Of a stretch of DNA of 51,349 nt, positions 21,701 to 33,472 are shown piece after piece. The position numbers and the translations under genes were made by a program. The stretch covers positions 1-51,349 of the forward strand of contig CBFFRQ010000007.1 in NCBI GenBank assembly GCA_965644315.1, in the 5' to 3' direction. The stretch is from Caecitellus pseudoparvulus. Taxonomy: Eukaryota; Protista; Bigyra: Bicosoecida. How positions within the stretch are numbered: position 1 is the stretch's first letter; every line of letters begins with the position of its first letter. The notes under the pieces were generated by a model. That model searched no databases. It had not been told where the DNA came from and saw only the letters and a program-made list of their open reading frames with translations.

Positions 21701-24691
21701 CGGGGTGGCAGCCGAGGCTCCTGGCGACGGGGCAGCACGGGGGCCTCGGAGTCTGAGCGGGCCCGTGCCGTGGCCGAGGCCGCTGCGGCGGAGCGCGCAA
21801 ACGCGCAGGCCATGGTGGCTGCCGTGCCAGAGGACTGGATCACGCGGGTGTTCACATCCTCCGCCCGCCTGGACAGCTCCGCCGTCATGGAGTTCGTGGG
21901 GCACCTCGCCAACGTCTCCCTGCAGGAGCTGCACCTGCCAGCCATGCCCGGCGGCCTGCACGGCAGCGTCGCCGAGACTCCAGGCAGCCCCACCGCCAGC
22001 AAGGGGCACGGCCGCCGGCCGTCCGACGCCACCAGCGTCTCCTCTGCCAGCACCATGGCGGGGGCTGGCGCCGGCGTGGCGCTGTCCCTGCACGGCCCGC
22101 CCGGTGCCGGCGCCTCGCCCCGTGTCTTCTCCCTGCAGAAGCTGGTGGAGGTGGCCGACTACAACATGGACGGGCGCCCCCGTGTCATTTGGGCCACCAT
22201 GTGGGACGCCCTGTCCCGCTACTTCACCGCTGTCGGCTGCCACGCCAACATCAACGTGTCCATGTACGCCGTGGACTGCCTCAAGCAGCTGACCATGAAG
22301 TTCCTGGGGCAGGGCGAGCTGAAGCACTTCCACTTCCAGCCTAAGTTCCTGGCACCCTTCCTCGCCATCCTCAACGCGCGCCCGCCCGCTGCGCCCATGG
22401 TGCGGGAGCTCGTCCTCAGCGTCTTCGGCAACATCCTGCGCAGCCGGGCGGACTCCCTGTCCAGCGGCTGGTCCACGCTGCTCCTCGTGCACTCGGCAGC
22501 CGCTGGGGACCGGGAGGAGGTGCTCGTCAGCGCCGCCTTCGACGCCATGCACGTGGTGATGACGCACCACATCACCGCCATCGCGCGGCACGGCGCCTTC
22601 GACAGCCTCGTGCGCACCCTTACCGCCTTTGCCGCCAACCCCGCCGCGCCAGAGCTGGTCGCACTGCGAGCCGTGGACCACCTGGCTGCCCTGGGCTCCA
22701 TGGTGGCCCGTGGCGCCGTGCCGCTGACCAAGGAGGAGGCGGAGACGCCCCTGGCCGTGCCTGCCCCTGGCGCCCTGCCCGGCACCTACGACGGCGCCAC
22801 CTGGTACAACTTGCAGGGGGAGGGGAACCAGGACCTGCAAGACATGGACACGGCCCATCCGCCCCTGACGCCCGCCCAGCCTGACGCCGACGTGGACGCC
22901 GGGCGGGCCCAACGGGGCGCCGCTGCGGCAGCCGAAGCTGCAGGTGGGCACGGCGCCGCGGACGATGCCGTGGTCATGGAGGGCGACCAGGCGCTGTACT
23001 TCATCCGCGCCTTCACCGACAGCGAGGCACACCTGCAGGCGTGGTGGCCGCTGCTGACTGGCCTGGCGGGGCTCGTCGGCGGCGTGCGAGTGGAGGTGCG
23101 CAACCGTGCCTTGAATGTGCTCTTTGCCTTGCTGCGCCGCTTCGGACCAGGCTTCGACGCAGCCCTGTGGGCGCTGGTGTACTCGGGCGTCCTTCTGCCG
23201 CTGTTCGACGACGTGACACACGCCCCCGAGGACGGTGCCCCCACCGCCGCGCCAGGCCACATGTCGGAGAGCTCCTGGCTCAAGACCACCTGCATGGCTG
23301 CCCTGTCCAGCCTCGTGCGCCTGCAAATCAAGTTCTTCGGGCGCCTGCACCCCCAGCTGCCCTCCCTCCTGCAACTGCTCAAGCGCACCATCCACCAAGA
23401 CATCGAAGGCCTCGCCCGCATCGGCGTCGCCTGCCTGCAGCTGTTGCTAGCCGAGGCGGGCGGCCGCTTCGATGCAGACGTGTGGGACCAAATCACTGCC
23501 ACGCTGGCCGACCTTTTCGCCCGCTGCACGCCGCAGAGCCTGCTGGACGCTCGCATGGTCCTGTGTGGCTCGGCAGCGTCGCCCCAGCCCGCCTCGGACG
23601 AGGAAGTGGAGTTCCCCGACGTGCCCAGCCCCCAGCGGCCGCCGGCGCCTGGTGCCGCCGCTCCCAGCGCGACAGCCGCCGCGGGTGACGCAGCCGCACC
23701 TTCTGTCTTTGCGGGCGCCTCCACCAGCATCGCCCCCACGCTGCCCTTTGCGGGGCACGACAAGCACCTGGCGCCCGAGCTGGCTCGCATCCTGGCCCAG
23801 CGCCTGCTCAGCCGCAACATAACCACGACCCTGGGACGGGGGTCGGTCCTGGGCATTCGAGGTGACGGCGCCGCAGCGGTGCAGTTGGAGTGGGGGCTGC
23901 TGTTCGCACCTCGTCTGGCGGCAGTGCTGGTCGCACCCACTGTGGAGGAGGTGCTGGCCACCAGCGCCAACCCTGACGCACCCCAGGCCGCGCCGGCTGT
24001 CTCCCTGCCCTTCAAATCCCAATCCGTCATCACCCAGTGCGTCGTGCAGCTGGAGCTCATCTCCTCGGTCGGCATCCTCGTGCAGAGGCACCTCGCCAAC
24101 CTCAGCGAGCCACAGCTGACCACCCTCGTCGCCGCCCTGCGTGACAGCGCAGCCTTTGCAGCCCGCTTCAACAAGGACCGCGACCTGCGCAGGGCACTGT
24201 GGCGCGCAGGCTTCATGCGCTTCAACAAGCAGAACAAGCTGCCCTCCCTCATGCGCCAGGAAACGTCCGCCTACATGCAGCTGGCGGCGCTGCTCTTCAA
24301 GCTGCAAGCAGGGTCAGACGGGGAGCACACAGAGCTCGTCACCCGCGAGCTCCGCCGCCAGTTCCGCGCCACTGCCAAGCGCTTCAGTGCCCTCAGCACT
24401 GAGCGTGTCCAGACCCTCGCACGCTCCTCGTCGAGCAGGCCCAAGGCCTCTACAGAGCGGGAAGTCCTGCGCGAACTCACGGCATACGCGCCCTTCGTCC
24501 AGAGCCTGCTGCAAGGCTTGGGTGACATCCCCGATGACACGCTGCAGTCGTGGATTTCGTGGCTGTACCCCGCCCTGGTCTCCCTCGCACCGGCAGCCAA
24601 TCAAGAGGTACAAGACCTCGTCGCTGCCCTGCTGCTTCGTCGACTGCCGCCCCTCATGGGGCTGACCTTGGAAGGAGCCGATGATGCCTGA
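18721..24691 (+). CDS. Brefeldin A-inhibited ARF guanine nucleotide exchange factor (BIG/Sec7 family)
   Basis: DCB domain (VQLQLIKALL), HUS box FLNYDC, Sec7 motif FRIPGEAQKIDRIMERFA with LAYSVIMLNTSLHNP, and HDS motifs FSLQKLVEVADYNM and SGW. The true start at 18721 uses two 5' introns. Confidence 0.96.
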
Positions 24692-25008
24692 AAGCAACCG
24701 GAGCCTGAAGATGCGCCGCTTGGGTGCCAGCTGCCTCTGCAATGCACATGCGATGAATTGCAAATCATACGCGCACACTGTGCAACCACATCATACAGAC
24801 ACTACCCTTGATCGCCAGCCCAGTCGCACCGAAGGGCATCCGACCGCCGCAGCAATGAAGGCATTCAGTTTGCGACACTCTACTGCCCCAATTTCTGTGG
24901 TTCCTTCATTTGATGCCTCTCGAGGCTGGAGAGCAATTCCAGCTTCGCATACTCTCGCTTCGGCAGCGATTGCTTCCCATCGCCAGAGTGCGACTGAACC
25001 GGTGCCCG

Positions 25009-27182
25009 CTAGGCCCAAGAGCCACCAGGCGAAGGATGCCTGGCCTTTCCTGCCCTTCCCTTGTATACTGAGCACTTTAGCCGAATCGGCGACAGGTGCG
25101 GCACAGCCATGACAGTTCCGGTGCTGGCTCGCTTGCACAGACGCGACAGCGTATCTCGTCGCTGGTAGGATGACTCGCTTGGATCTGCTCTGCGCTGCGC
25201 TGGGTGTGCATGTGATATTGACAAGTCATAATCAGGCGCAAGGACTGCGTTTGATCCGCCTGTTCTCCGTTGCAAGGCGCTGGGGCGGTCCGGTGACAAG
25301 TACCGTTCCTTGAAGCCTGGATCGTAGAGTGAGGCAACCTTGCGGAGTCCGCCTCGCATGGCAGAATCGTTTGAGCGCAGTCTGCTGCGCCACGTTGACT
25401 GCCGCCTGTTGCTATATTGCAAGGTTGAAGGAGCCTGAGAGACATCCCTGGCTGAGCTGTGTGCTGCTCGACCCTGACTCTCAACGGACGAGGGGTGCTG
25501 AGCTTCCGCGGGGGCTCTGGCAAGCAGCGGAAGCAGTGGCAGACTGGGACTTCGGGACAGAGGCAGAGTATCCACACCCCCAAGTGCGTCGAGCTGTTTC
25601 GACGTGGAGACTTGTGGGGCAACATGTGGCTTTAGGAGGCGCGGGTGCTGTGAGCTGGAGCGCAGGGCAACACCTCGTTCCACCGGCCCTGGCCTGAGCC
25701 CAGAGGCGAGTGGTGACAAGTACGCCGATCGGAACTTCGCCCCCCTGTGTTGCATGTTCATCGGCGTTAAACTTGCATCGCCACCTGGCAGCACCAGTGC
25801 TGTCTCTCGCGATCCTGCGCTGGGATGGGCGCCTTGCACTTGTGCGAGTGGCTTACTGGAGTCACTCCCACGACAGAACCCCGTTCCCCGCAAACTCCCA
25901 CACCGCACGAGGCTTTGATACGGAGGTGCTACTGGCTTCAAACCCCCAGAGGCTTGGGCCCGCGCAAGCCCCCCATGCAGACTGGCAGCTTGGCTCGCTT
26001 GCGCTTCCCATCTGCGCTCCTGCAGGGAACTCGCCTCGCGTAGCTTCTGAGAGGCCCCCCATGGGATGAGCTTCAAGACTGCAGAAGCGGGGAGAATGTA
26101 GGCGATCACCTGCCCCTGGGCGATGACAGACATGTTGTGGGGTGCACACTGCAGGCTGGCATGGGCGCCGTACGCCACCGGGGCACAGCCAGAACACAGA
26201 GGCAGGGACGGTCGTCCCACGCCCTCCTCGCGCTGCACAAGCACCTCTCCAGAAGCAACAATGACGATGACCTGATCATAAGTACCTTGCCGCAGCAGTG
26301 CGTCCCCCCGGCGATAGTAGCCCGTGCAGCACACCTCTGCAAGCAGGACGCGCTCAGACTCCCGCATGCTGGCGAAGCCGTCCACGCGGGCCAACGCAGC
26401 AGCACGCATGCGCACTTCCGGCCGAGGGTTGAAGTAAGGGCCTAAAGCGGACTCTCTAAATGTTGCCGTATGGAGAATCAAGACCTCTGCCCCAGCACAG
26501 GCGACAAACGTTGCTGGGCTTGGCAGAGTTTCCCCTTCCTTCAGCGTGCTGGAGTCCAAGCATGCCTGCTCCCCAAACACTGCGCCTGACTTCAAGCTAG
26601 CGAGTGCTGTAGATCTTGCGTCTCGGACTTCCACTTCGCCCGCCCGCACGAACCACAGGGCACTGACGGGGTGTCCACAGTGCAGCACGACGCCCCGCCG
26701 CTGGAACTTGCGGATCTCCATGCGGCTGCACAAGACGTCCTGCAGGCGCGGGTCCAGAGAGCGCAGGAGCCTGGACTTTTGTATGAAGCTCATGAGGCGC
26801 TCGTGGTTCTCAACCTGTGATTGGTGTGTCGGGGGGGGGCGCGGTCGGTTTGCCGTTGCGCCACAGTAGGTTTCAGCAAAGGGCTCCTCAACACACCACG
26901 CACCTGTTTTCGCTTGGACCGCGCTCGGACCATGCGCCTGATCGCCAGAATGGCGGACAGGACATGCATGAAGGGAATTTTGGGGTCCACAAGTCTCTGC
27001 AGGGTCCGCAGTCCTTCCCCTGGCTGTTGACTGTTGCTTTCGACACCAATTTCCGCAGCAGCTGCAACGGCGGCCTCCTCCGCCACCGCCGCCGCCGTGG
27101 GCAGCACATACTGCCGCTGGTGTCCGAGGTCATCTGTGAAGATCAGTCGACACCTTCTGCCGCGCTGCAGGGGTGTGAACAT
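25009..27182 (-). CDS. Tandem cyclic-nucleotide-binding domain protein with disordered C-terminus
   Basis: Two cNMP-type domains (LWFVRAGEVEV...SGAVFGEQAC; LLRQG...IVASGEV). Probable intron at about 26815-26903. Confidence 0.8.
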
Positions 27183-27338
27183 GCCCACGTGGTACGCTGG
27201 TGCGAAGATCCTGCCAGTGACTCGCTCTCAAGCCCAGCCAACACTCCCCAACGTCGGCAAGGAGAGCGCAAAGCGGCTGGAAAAGAGACTGTGCGCCAAC
27301 ACACGGCGCAATGGATTTCAAAAATACGTTTCTCACGC

Positions 27339-28230
27339 TCAATACTGCAGAGACTCCAGGCACGCAAGCATTGTCGCATCGTCCATGACGCTCGCAGGTG
27401 AAGGCGCAGGGTTGGTGCTGCCAGACAGGGGATGCGGGAGGGGCTGAGGATCCAGAGGAGCGCGCGTTGACTCGGACACGCAGGCTGCCACGCCCGCACT
27501 GCAGCCCTGTGCTGCCCAGCTGCCTCGTCGGCGCACCCACGCTTCGCGCTGCCCAGCTGTGCTCTGTGCTGGCTTCGCCTCAGCAGCAGGCAGACTCCAC
27601 CGCAACGAGCCGTCGTGACGCGTGATGCCTGTGAGAGTGCGGCACACGCCCTCGTCTCCAATGCATCCCCCTGCATCGGTCCGGTCCACTCGCAAGTACG
27701 ACTTGGGGAGCGAGCTGTCCACTCCGCTGGCCGGGTTGGGTGCTGATGCGGGTGGTACGCTCGGAAGCGGCACATCCGCAGCATAGGCAGCCCGCCGAAG
27801 TGCCCGGGCCGATGCATGCACACGGGCTTTCCCTGCTGCCTGCATGCGTTGCTCTTCACAGGCCCGAGCAGCCCGCTGCCTTTCCACCGCAGCAAGGCGG
27901 TTGGACTCGTCTGTCTTCCACGCCTGCGCAACGGCTGCCGCACCATCCTTGTGCCCCTGCCCCACGTGCACCAGCATGTCAGCTCGAAGTGTCAGTAGTT
28001 CCTGTAATTTTCGCTCTTTCTCTTCCTTCCATGATGCCTGAGCAGCGGTCGGTGCGGTCAAGTGCGTTCCCGGCAGGTCGCCCGTTGCGAGCAAAACGCA
28101 CGTGTAACGCCAGCACTTCCTCCCGCACTGCCTCCTCCTCCAGGGCTTCTAAAGACTGTGACAGCTCAATGGAGTTCCGCACTGCAGCTTCGCGCGCGAT
28201 CCCGCGCCGTGTCTCGGAGTATCCATTCAT
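27339..28230 (-). CDS. Hypothetical coiled-coil protein
   Basis: Two helical ORFs that can be joined by a GTGCGT...CAG intron. Confidence 0.55.
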
Positions 28231-28411
28231 CGCGACCTGCCCAGCGGCACAGGCGTGCTCAAGCGATTTCGTCTGAATCAGATGCCAAGCCCAGCAGCCC
28301 CTCGCAACAACGGGAAGTCAAAGACACAACCCTTGCGTACGATGAACAGCTTAGGATGGGAGATACTTATGTGACTTGGTGTATTGCTGAAGAGCGGCCG
28401 GCGCAGGGCGC

Positions 28412-31400
28412 TCACCCCGACTCATAACCCTCGCTGTCAACGGGCTTGTCCGAGTCAGTGTCTGCATCCCGGTCCATTGCTTCCTGCACCATGGACTCGC
28501 GCTGAGCAGAAGAAGCGAGGGAAGTCCTCCTTCCTCGCTGAGGAGTCCCACCACCCCCACCTGTGCCACCAGGCGCCACGTCCTCCTCAGACGAAGAATC
28601 AGGCTCCAGCGCTTGCCGCCGCCTCGCCAACTTCGCCGCCAGGTCAGCCTGCACCTGTGCAGCCGTCGACAGTGGCCGGCTGGACGCATCCACCTGCGAC
28701 ATGCGCTGTTGGCCAGATTGCACTCGTGCTGCCCGCCGCCGCGCAGCTGCTTGGATGAAGCTCAACATGCCGCCGCCGCCTGCCGCCGCAGTTGCAGGCG
28801 CGGCAGTGGCACCCCCTCCCTTTCCACCGCTCTTGCGCTTACCTTTCTTGCCCTTCTTGGACGAACGCAGCTTCTTGCCTCGCTGGATCTCAGCGAGCAA
28901 GCCGCCAGTGGCAGGGGTGGAGGATGAGTCGACCCCCCCGTCACCTGACTGAGCAGGGGTTGATGCAGCACTTGCAGCAGGGGGTGGGGGCGCCGACTCA
29001 CCCCCTGACTTGGCCGCCAGCACAGCACGCACGTCATCCTCCCCCAGCCCAGCCACTTGCATGCGGGACCGCAGGACGTCCTCTGTCACTCCGGGCTGCT
29101 TGCTCAGCACCAAGAACCGTCTTTGGGCAGCTGACAATGCGGCCTGGCCTTGCTCGCCACGATTGCCACCAGGCCGTTCGTGGAGTCTTGGGGCTGGTGC
29201 TGGTGCTGGTGCTGGATCTGTTCTTGGTGCTGGAGCTGGAGCTGGTGCTGGAGCTGGAGCTGGAACAGGTGCAGGAGCTGGAACAGGTGCAGGAGCTGGA
29301 ACAGGTGCAGGAGCTGGAACAGGTGCAGGAGCTGGAGTCGAAGTCGGCCCATGTCCATTTGCGCCGGCCTCCACTCCGCCAAGGGATGGGTAGAGGGCTG
29401 AATGTAGGGGCGGCACGACCTGCCCGCTGCCTGTGCCAGCGTGAGCGGGGTCCGGTGCCCGGGCCTGCCCTGCGCCATAGCCATACGCTGTGGCAGCGTC
29501 ACGAGTGTCCATGGCGATGGGAGTGCCAGGCGGGGCAGTTGGCGTGGGCGGCTCGGGTTCCCCCGTGCCCTGATCAACGTCAAAGCTTGCTGGACCAGTC
29601 AGCAGTCTATCGGACCCATTGCCGCAGACAGTGAAGTGGGTGGTGCAGCGGCCCAGCACTTCGTACTGCTGCGCTGCAAATGCCGATGGCACACTGAGGA
29701 AGGCAGGGACAAGACTGCTGGGTCCTGTGGCTCCCCGCACGTAGGACAGAGTGTACTTGCCCTGCTGCTTCGGGAAATGGCCACCCGCCTCGGTCAGCGT
29801 CACCCGTGCCAGCGTGCCCGTCGCATTGCCCACTGGGGTCCAACACCCCGCAACGACGCCTGTGTTGGGCAGCCCGTCATCCAGAAGCGTCACGGCAAGG
29901 CGGTCCTCCGCGTGCTTCATGGGGCTCGTCATCACCTGCACTTCGATGGCGCAGTCGGCTGCTGCCAAGGTGACAGCCTCGCCGTGACAGGCCTCAGGGG
30001 GGGTACTGCCGGTGTGCACGAGGCGAAAACGCAGGGTCGGCGCGAACACGGCGAACGAGTGCGAAGCGCCCACCAGGGTCTTGTCTGAGAACACCACCAG
30101 GCGCCAGATGCCAGCGTGCATGGGGGCGTTGCCTTGGTTTTCGCTGAACATGGCCTGGGCGGAGCCGTCACCCATCACCTGCACCTGCTGGCTGGGGGCA
30201 AGGGAGCGGGAGGATGTGAAGTAGCCCCCGCCGTGAATGGGCAGTTGCAGTTCGGCACTGCCCCTTGGGTGTGTCGTGACCCCCCCCTTCGGCCATGGCC
30301 CGGGGGGGGGTGACACAACGTCCACTGCAGCCACAGCCAGGAGGTGCCGCAGGTGTTGCAGCGAAATGCCGCTGAAGGCCAGACCGCCCACACGCATGCC
30401 GGAGATGCAGTTGGCGGGGTCATCCCCATCCACAGCACAGGACAGGGCGAACTCCAGACCATCCTCGCGGTGTGTATCCGCGGGTACCATGCCCACCAAC
30501 AGAGGGGGGGGGGCTGCACTGTGCAGCGGGATGGGTGCCGTCCGCACTCGCCCGCTGTACGCTTGGCCCCAAAACACGGGTTCCTGCCGGGCGTATGCAG
30601 ATGGCTGCTGCATGTGGGACGGGGAGCCGGCTGCCTGTGCAGTCTGCACGGCTGACGCGGCAGCGGCCAGGCGGGGGCGCAGACAGCCTTCGGGCGTCTT
30701 GGGCAGCACGTGCATGGCCCGCGCCACGAAGCACTGCCCCGTGATGAAGCGATGCTGCGTCGTGAGGCGACGGCCCCACGCACTGTGTGGCTGGTGCTGT
30801 GCCACGCTCAACAGCAGCTGGAAGGCACCGTGAGTCTGGGGCAGGACTGAACCCGTCAGCGGCACGACCAACACCGACTCCCCCACCACCAGCATGGGCC
30901 GGGAAGCCACACACACTGCCTGAGACTCTGTCAAGTGACTGCGACGGGAAGACGCCTCCACACCCGGTAAGGGCGCGCTGGTGCAGTGCTGGAGTTGGTG
31001 CCGGTGCGCCTGTCGCACTCGCAGTGCACACGGCACTCTGCTGGCGGGGTGTCGTCCAGGGCTGCTGTCCTCACCCTGGCCGTGCGTGGAGGCACCCACC
31101 TCGCCGTCACCCTGCGGCCCATCACTCCCGACGACATCCAGCAGCTTTGCCATGGGCACGCTCGCCACATGCACAGCGTCTGATGCACTGCGGAAAGCGG
31201 ACGTCACGACACGAGTGTACAGCTGCTGTTTGGGCCAGCAGGCCACCACGGGCAGGTCACCGCGGGGTGGCAGACCGATGCTGGAACTGCTCAGGCGCAG
31301 TGGAGGTGCAGCTGTGTGCAGTGTCAGACTTGGAGCCAGCACCTGCACCTGCGTGATGCTCGCGAGTGGAACGCCGTTCGACACATACCGCACAGCATAC

Positions 31401-32830
31401 ACGCCAGGCGCTGGGAAGGCGCCGGCATCACCCACGTCGGGGCCCAGTGTGATACAGTGCCAGCGTAGGTCGCCAAGGGCGGAGCTGTCGCCACTTGCGA
31501 CCAGGGCCGACACCAACGACGGCGGCGTCGGTGACGTGTCCCCTGCCGCCGCACACACATCTGCCAGGGACACGAATGCCACAGGCGTTTCAGGGGCCGG
31601 CGCAGCGAGTGGAGGGTCAGCCGCAGCGCTGGTGGAGGTGCGGGGCGCAACGTGCGCGCAGGCTGCCACCTCGATGGCGTCGCCCTTGTCCACCCACCGT
31701 GGCAGGCCAAGCCACAGCGACAGGTGTGTGCCCCAGTACAACCCCACTCGAGGGGGCAGGGGCACCTCCACTTGGGCAGGGGCAGGAGCTCTGTGTGCGA
31801 GGACAGCCGTGCCCTGTGCTGCTTGTACTTGGGACCCCTCCAGTGTTCGGGGTGACAGCGAGCAGGGCACTGTGACGGCCAGAGCAGGCCCCAGCACTTC
31901 AAACGTGGCAGAGCGAGCGGCGAAGGCGCTGGGGTCAGCGGCAGTGGGGTTGGCGAGTCGGGCCCATGCGGGGAGGTAGGCCGCGTAATACGCCCCCGGC
32001 TCCGCCGGCACACCCTCCTCCCCTCCCCGCACCACAAACGACACCGTCACACGGTCCGCCCACGACACTGTAGCGGGAGGGCCCCCCTCCCCACCACTGC
32101 TCTGTTGAGCCACACACACCTCCTCACTCCAACCATCCCCACCTTCACCCCCAGTAGCTCTGCCGCCCGATGGCGACCAAAGCCCCGCCAGCAGCCCTGT
32201 CGCCGGCTTGGCCAGGGGCAGCCGTGCGACCACCTGCCCCGAGCCCTCAGACACGAGGCACAGGGCATCGCCGCTGGGGCGGCCACCGTGCGTTGTGACG
32301 GTGTAACGCACCGCGTTGCTCCACGTGTGACGTGCCGCCTTGAACGGCTGCACCTGCACTTGAGGCCGCACCACCCGAAAGGCCACCTCGCCGCCCACTG
32401 GCACGGGTTGCCCGTCCACCCCCACATACTGCACAGCGTACTGCCCTGGCTCCCTGGTGCACGCTGGGTCGTCGGCGCCGCTGAAGGACAGCTTCATGGG
32501 GAAGAGCGTGTCACTCTCTACCGTCAACGCAGGGCTGGGCGGCGACACGACTCGCACGCCGCCGCCCTCCAGATGCCTCACTAGCCGCACACTCTCGCCA
32601 CGCCACGGCGCATCGCAGTGCACCTCCACCTGGATAGCCTGCCCCGGGAAGTACTCTGCTACCACGCCCTGCAGCTTCACCTGCCGCAAGTACGGCGTGC
32701 AGACACGCATAAGGTACAGCGCCGCTCCACACAGCAAACACGCCACAAGCAGCGTCTGGGTCACTTCATGCGTGGCAATGCCCAGGAGCATGCCACCCAG
32801 GGATTGCTTCTGAAACTGGGTCACTTCCAT
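28412..32830 (-). CDS. Membrane-anchored protein with repeated SKICH-like modules, Pro-Ala repeats and a WH2/central/acidic C-terminus
   Basis: 1472-aa ORF with an N-terminal hydrophobic helix, about six (P)GxYxxxY-type motifs, WH2-like GGLLAEIQRGKKLRSS and C-region-like DLAAKLARRRQALEPDSSSEED. Confidence 0.75.
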   Translation of the reverse strand: MEVTQFQKQSLGGMLLGIATHEVTQTLLVACLLCGAALYLMRVCTPYLRQVKLQGVVAEYFPGQAIQVEVHCDAPWRGESVRLVRHLEGGGVRVVSPPSPALTVESDTLFPMKLSFSGADDPACTREPGQYAVQYVGVDGQPVPVGGEVAFRVVRPQVQVQPFKAARHTWSNAVRYTVTTHGGRPSGDALCLVSEGSGQVVARLPLAKPATGLLAGLWSPSGGRATGGEGGDGWSEEVCVAQQSSGGEGGPPATVSWADRVTVSFVVRGGEEGVPAEPGAYYAAYLPAWARLANPTAADPSAFAARSATFEVLGPALAVTVPCSLSPRTLEGSQVQAAQGTAVLAHRAPAPAQVEVPLPPRVGLYWGTHLSLWLGLPRWVDKGDAIEVAACAHVAPRTSTSAAADPPLAAPAPETPVAFVSLADVCAAAGDTSPTPPSLVSALVASGDSSALGDLRWHCITLGPDVGDAGAFPAPGVYAVRYVSNGVPLASITQVQVLAPSLTLHTAAPPLRLSSSSIGLPPRGDLPVVACWPKQQLYTRVVTSAFRSASDAVHVASVPMAKLLDVVGSDGPQGDGEVGASTHGQGEDSSPGRHPASRVPCALRVRQAHRHQLQHCTSAPLPGVEASSRRSHLTESQAVCVASRPMLVVGESVLVVPLTGSVLPQTHGAFQLLLSVAQHQPHSAWGRRLTTQHRFITGQCFVARAMHVLPKTPEGCLRPRLAAAASAVQTAQAAGSPSHMQQPSAYARQEPVFWGQAYSGRVRTAPIPLHSAAPPPLLVGMVPADTHREDGLEFALSCAVDGDDPANCISGMRVGGLAFSGISLQHLRHLLAVAAVDVVSPPPGPWPKGGVTTHPRGSAELQLPIHGGGYFTSSRSLAPSQQVQVMGDGSAQAMFSENQGNAPMHAGIWRLVVFSDKTLVGASHSFAVFAPTLRFRLVHTGSTPPEACHGEAVTLAAADCAIEVQVMTSPMKHAEDRLAVTLLDDGLPNTGVVAGCWTPVGNATGTLARVTLTEAGGHFPKQQGKYTLSYVRGATGPSSLVPAFLSVPSAFAAQQYEVLGRCTTHFTVCGNGSDRLLTGPASFDVDQGTGEPEPPTPTAPPGTPIAMDTRDAATAYGYGAGQARAPDPAHAGTGSGQVVPPLHSALYPSLGGVEAGANGHGPTSTPAPAPVPAPAPVPAPAPVPAPAPVPAPAPAPAPAPAPRTDPAPAPAPAPRLHERPGGNRGEQGQAALSAAQRRFLVLSKQPGVTEDVLRSRMQVAGLGEDDVRAVLAAKSGGESAPPPPAASAASTPAQSGDGGVDSSSTPATGGLLAEIQRGKKLRSSKKGKKGKRKSGGKGGGATAAPATAAAGGGGMLSFIQAAARRRAARVQSGQQRMSQVDASSRPLSTAAQVQADLAAKLARRRQALEPDSSSEEDVAPGGTGGGGGTPQRGRRTSLASSAQRESMVQEAMDRDADTDSDKPVDSEGYESG
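29256..29336. repeat. 18-bp coding tandem repeat, 4.5 copies (encodes APVPAP), within a wider Pro-Ala tract at 29190-29336
   Basis: GGAGCTGGAACAGGTGCA repeated perfectly four times, plus a half unit. Confidence 0.95.
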
Positions 32831-33472
32831 GGCGACTGGCGGCGGTCCAGAGCGCTGGACGCCAAGTGAACCGACAGGACCACCGCTGGCGTGGTCGCCT
32901 GCGAATTCCGCACAAGCACTCCCGACAGCGGCACTGGCAAGCCTGGAACCGCGCTCGCACCTCGCAGTCCAGTCAGAAGTCCAGTGTTGTTGTGAGCTTG
33001 AGAGCAGATTCAGGACGTGCGCTCAGTTTTTGTCGGCTCGCTGACTCTGCACTACTCTGCATTTCCCGGGTCGGCTCGGACACTGTGCACCGGACCTCTG
33101 GTCAAGCCAAGCCGCTTCTTCGCAGGTGCAGACTTTGCAAGCCGGGTATGATATTGCACAACTGCACGGTGCCCGTTTGGTGCGTGCCGTGAGCTTGTCA
33201 ACTTTGCGATGATGAGTGCATTCGGCAGAATGAAAACGAAAAAAGCAAGTGTGAATAAATCCGTGGTCAAAGTCTTTCGTACCGTTCGAAAGGCAAGCGC
33301 AAAATTGGCCTTACTCTTTCCGACACAGGTACGGCAGCATTTCCCCTACAGACTTGTAACTGCCACGCCCTTTCTCAGTTCAGGTTGGCCGCGTGAGCGT
33401 CTGTCTACGGCGGGGCAAGAAGCGCATGCCTATCCAGGCCTGGTCAGGCATGCAGCTGAACAGGCGAGCGCC

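Noticed and set aside
19168-24307. Long antisense ORFs (up to 576 aa) opposite BIG, and similar ones opposite PAN2 and NPRL2
   Set aside because: Expected shadows of strong GC3 codon bias; no protein motifs.
26815-26903. Frameshift at the G9 run in the cNMP gene
   Set aside because: A canonical GTGCGT...CAG intron spans it and restores the frame.
29190-29336. CRISPR-like or non-coding repeat array
   Set aside because: Head-to-tail coding repeat without spacers; encodes a Pro-Ala linker.
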